DNA of 64,000 nucleotides from Pecten maximus (Eukaryota): NCBI RefSeq assembly GCF_902652985.1, contig NC_047031.1, positions 26,784,001 to 26,848,000 of the forward strand, read 5' to 3'. Shown piece by piece: positions 62,401 to 64,000 of this stretch (position 1 is its first letter; each line of letters starts with the position of its first letter). The notes under the pieces were generated by a model. It saw only the letters and a program-made list of their open reading frames with translations, ran no database searches and was not told where the DNA came from. The position numbers and the translations under genes were made by a program.

Positions 62401-63665
62401 GTAGGAGTAAGTTGTCGGTGAAGTGGGAACAGTGCCTGTACATTTTCATCTGTAATTTGTTCCTGTCTGTTGCAAGATTATTTGTTTTTTTTTTTTTTAT
62501 TTTGTCTTTTTATATTATTATATTTTATTGTTTTGTTGTCTTATACATTACGTATGTGCCCTAGATAAACCGGTCTGGTGCAGTTAGTACTGAGTGTATT
62601 TTATTTTCGTTATAGATGTCGAAGACGATGAGGTTGCGATCCTTTGTGATTCAATGCTTCAGAGCACACTATGTTGATAGGGGATACATTGAGGTAAACA
62701 CGAACACTATGTTGACAGGGGATACACTGAGGTCAACACGACAACTATGTTGACCGGGGATACACTGAGGTCAACACGACCACTATGTTGACAGGGGATA
62801 CACTGAGGTTAACACGACCATTATTGTTCTTAGAAACTCACGTCTGGTTTAAAGATATCAACTACATTATCGACTACTTAATAATTACAGAATATTTAAT
62901 ACTATTTAATCAGACATTGATAACCAAACCTCATTATATAAAGTGTGTAAAATAAAAAGTATGTAATTCTGTATAGTCGTTCCTCAGGTGACACCTCCTA
63001 CACTGGTACCTTCTGCCAAATTTGAAGTCGCAGAGGAATTGTTCAGTGTGAACTTTTTCGACGGAAACGTAAATATGCTGTCTCATGACAAAATATATAA
63101 TTACCCATTCATATGACCTTTCTGTTGATTCTTTGAACATTTGATCATATATTAATTAAAATGTACTTCAAATCATGACGATCAGATAATGTTAACGTCA
63201 TCCGCTAAGCAAATGAAAGATCCCAATGTTGTTGAGATTCCCTTACTTCCCTCACTCAAGGCTATCAAGGAAGCATGTCGCGACCCTTTAACCCTGGGTC
63301 AATATCAATCAGTAATAAAATTTGCACCACCGAGTTGCACACACTGAACACAGTGTTATGATACTGACAGAGAACTGATGAATATCCCTGTAGTACAGAA
63401 TGTATACAGGAATAGAATGGCAGATCTAGTAAATTCGAGGATTGTTTTTACACCCTGCTTTAATTAAAAGCAATGACCATACATACAAAATTGTTACTTC
63501 TATATTTATTGTTACCTAATTCTGGCTAGGTTCTGTCCCTTAGGTGAATTTGACCCAATCATCACAACTGTACCTGGAGACAGTGATACCCTTTCTTGGC
63601 GACGTGTTCTGTGTGGCGCCGTCCTACAGAGTCGAACATAAACAAACCAGGAGACATCTATCAGA
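56466..63665 (+). CDS. NARS1: Asparagine--tRNA ligase, cytoplasmic-like (divergent paralog; 3' exons lie beyond the window)
   Basis: Nine GT-AG exons in consistent phase: 56466-56492, 57403-57481, 58957-59027, 59803-59883, 60732-60818, 62077-62133, 62616-62693, 62988-63068, 63544-63665. Translation: [228 protein letters not shown]. This is co-linear with eukaryotic AsnRS. The first exon and start codon are less certain, and the symbol denotes family rather than orthology. Confidence 0.92.
57068..57323. mobile_element. Decayed TACTGTA-type MITE in an AsnRS-like intron
   Basis: Starts TACTGTAATTCACTTATATTTCGCG and contains multiple TCGCGAA subrepeats. Confidence 0.45.
57403..57481 (+). CDS. 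AsnRS-like exon (OB-fold start)
   Basis: VKVFGWIHR, donor G|GTTAGT. Confidence 0.88.
57500..57610. repeat. Fold-back terminus of a non-autonomous DNA element
   Basis: TTGATGTCA..TTT..TAGTTTCATC.GGGTAT pairs with ATACCCCGATGAAACTA...TTGACATCAA. Confidence 0.6.
58957..59027 (+). CDS. AsnRS-like exon (OB fold)
   Basis: TTACAG| ... [11 protein letters not shown] ... |GTAAGT. Confidence 0.9.
59803..59883 (+). CDS. AsnRS-like exon (OB fold)
   Basis: REASVCIYG corresponds to TESSVAVYG. Donor GTAAGT. Confidence 0.85.
59929..60027. repeat. Perfect 36-bp inverted repeat with 27-nt loop
   Basis: TAAGGATTGAATCTTGATTTGGTCGATTTCATGGGG / CCCCATGAAATCGACCAAATCAAGATTCAATCCTTA. Confidence 0.95.
60732..60818 (+). 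CDS. AsnRS-like exon (OB-fold end)
   Basis: [16 protein letters not shown] corresponds to APGGHELSCDFWELIG. Confidence 0.9.
62077..62133 (+). CDS. AsnRS-like exon (hinge)
   Basis: [10 protein letters not shown]. Donor GTAAGT. Confidence 0.88.
62616..62693 (+). CDS. AsnRS-like exon (motif 1 helix)
   Basis: [19 protein letters not shown]. Confidence 0.9.
62667..62820 (+). repeat. 38-bp tandem repeat (4 units) spanning an exon-intron boundary
   Basis: CACTATGTTGA[C/T]AGGGGATACA[C/T]TGAGGT[A/C/T]AACACGA at 62667, 62705, 62743 and 62781. Confidence 0.92.
62988..63068 (+). CDS. AsnRS-like exon (motif 1 and loop)
   Basis: VTPPTLV...LFSVNFF. Confidence 0.9.
63544..63665 (+). CDS. AsnRS-like exon (substrate-binding segment and motif 2)
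   Basis: [11 protein letters not shown]...LGDVFC...SYRVE...TRRHLSE. Confidence 0.93.
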
Positions 63666-64000
63666 GTATGTAATTCAACTTCATAATTCAACTTAGGACA
63701 CTAGAATCTAAATGATTGGATATGTAGCTTTTTAGGATGTTCAACATATTTTTTAAAGTAAAATTCGTCCAAGTGCACTTTTGAATAGGCAAATCTGAAT
63801 GTATGCGAAATTGTAATTCAAATTCAATATCTAAGAAATGAATGTAAAATATCAACAATTTTTATTTGAAAACATACTGCAGGCCTTATATCGGGTTTTT
63901 GGGCCTATTGGTTCTTCCGAAGAAGTCATTTGAATATTTTATCATATTCGACCTTGTGACCTTGAACAACCTTGCAAACCCGGAACCCTACCATAATAGA

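Overview
AT-rich eukaryotic DNA with spliced genes and many repeats. The repeat types (tRNA-headed V-domain SINEs, Helentron-type non-autonomous elements carrying internal satellites, CR1/L2 and L1/Tx1 LINE fragments, MITEs) suggest a mollusc, probably a bivalve; this is an inference. Four host genes are supported. (1) A BTB-BACK-Kelch gene with an intronless CDS (4815-6563, +). (2) An R-S-ExE mono-ADP-ribosyltransferase, apparently secreted, split by a CR1-like LINE and carrying a probable frameshift (20031-22093, +). (3) A four-exon gene encoding five FN3 domains, an AIG1/septin-like P-loop GTPase, a Cys-rich motif and coiled coil (36442-31806, -), with two single-base frameshifts in its first coding exon. 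(4) A multi-exon cytosolic asparaginyl-tRNA synthetase-like gene (56466 to beyond the window end, +), absent from the ORF track and reconstructed here from nine in-phase exons. The main finding is gene 4: it keeps the catalytic TQSSQLYLE and motif-2 residues, but all three anticodon U35-reading residues (R, F, Q) and the EGG loop are replaced, and the N-terminal extension appears to be missing. This points to a repurposed synthetase paralog. The window also holds a 2.48-kb tandem duplication, a template-switch-type inverted duplication and several minisatellites.
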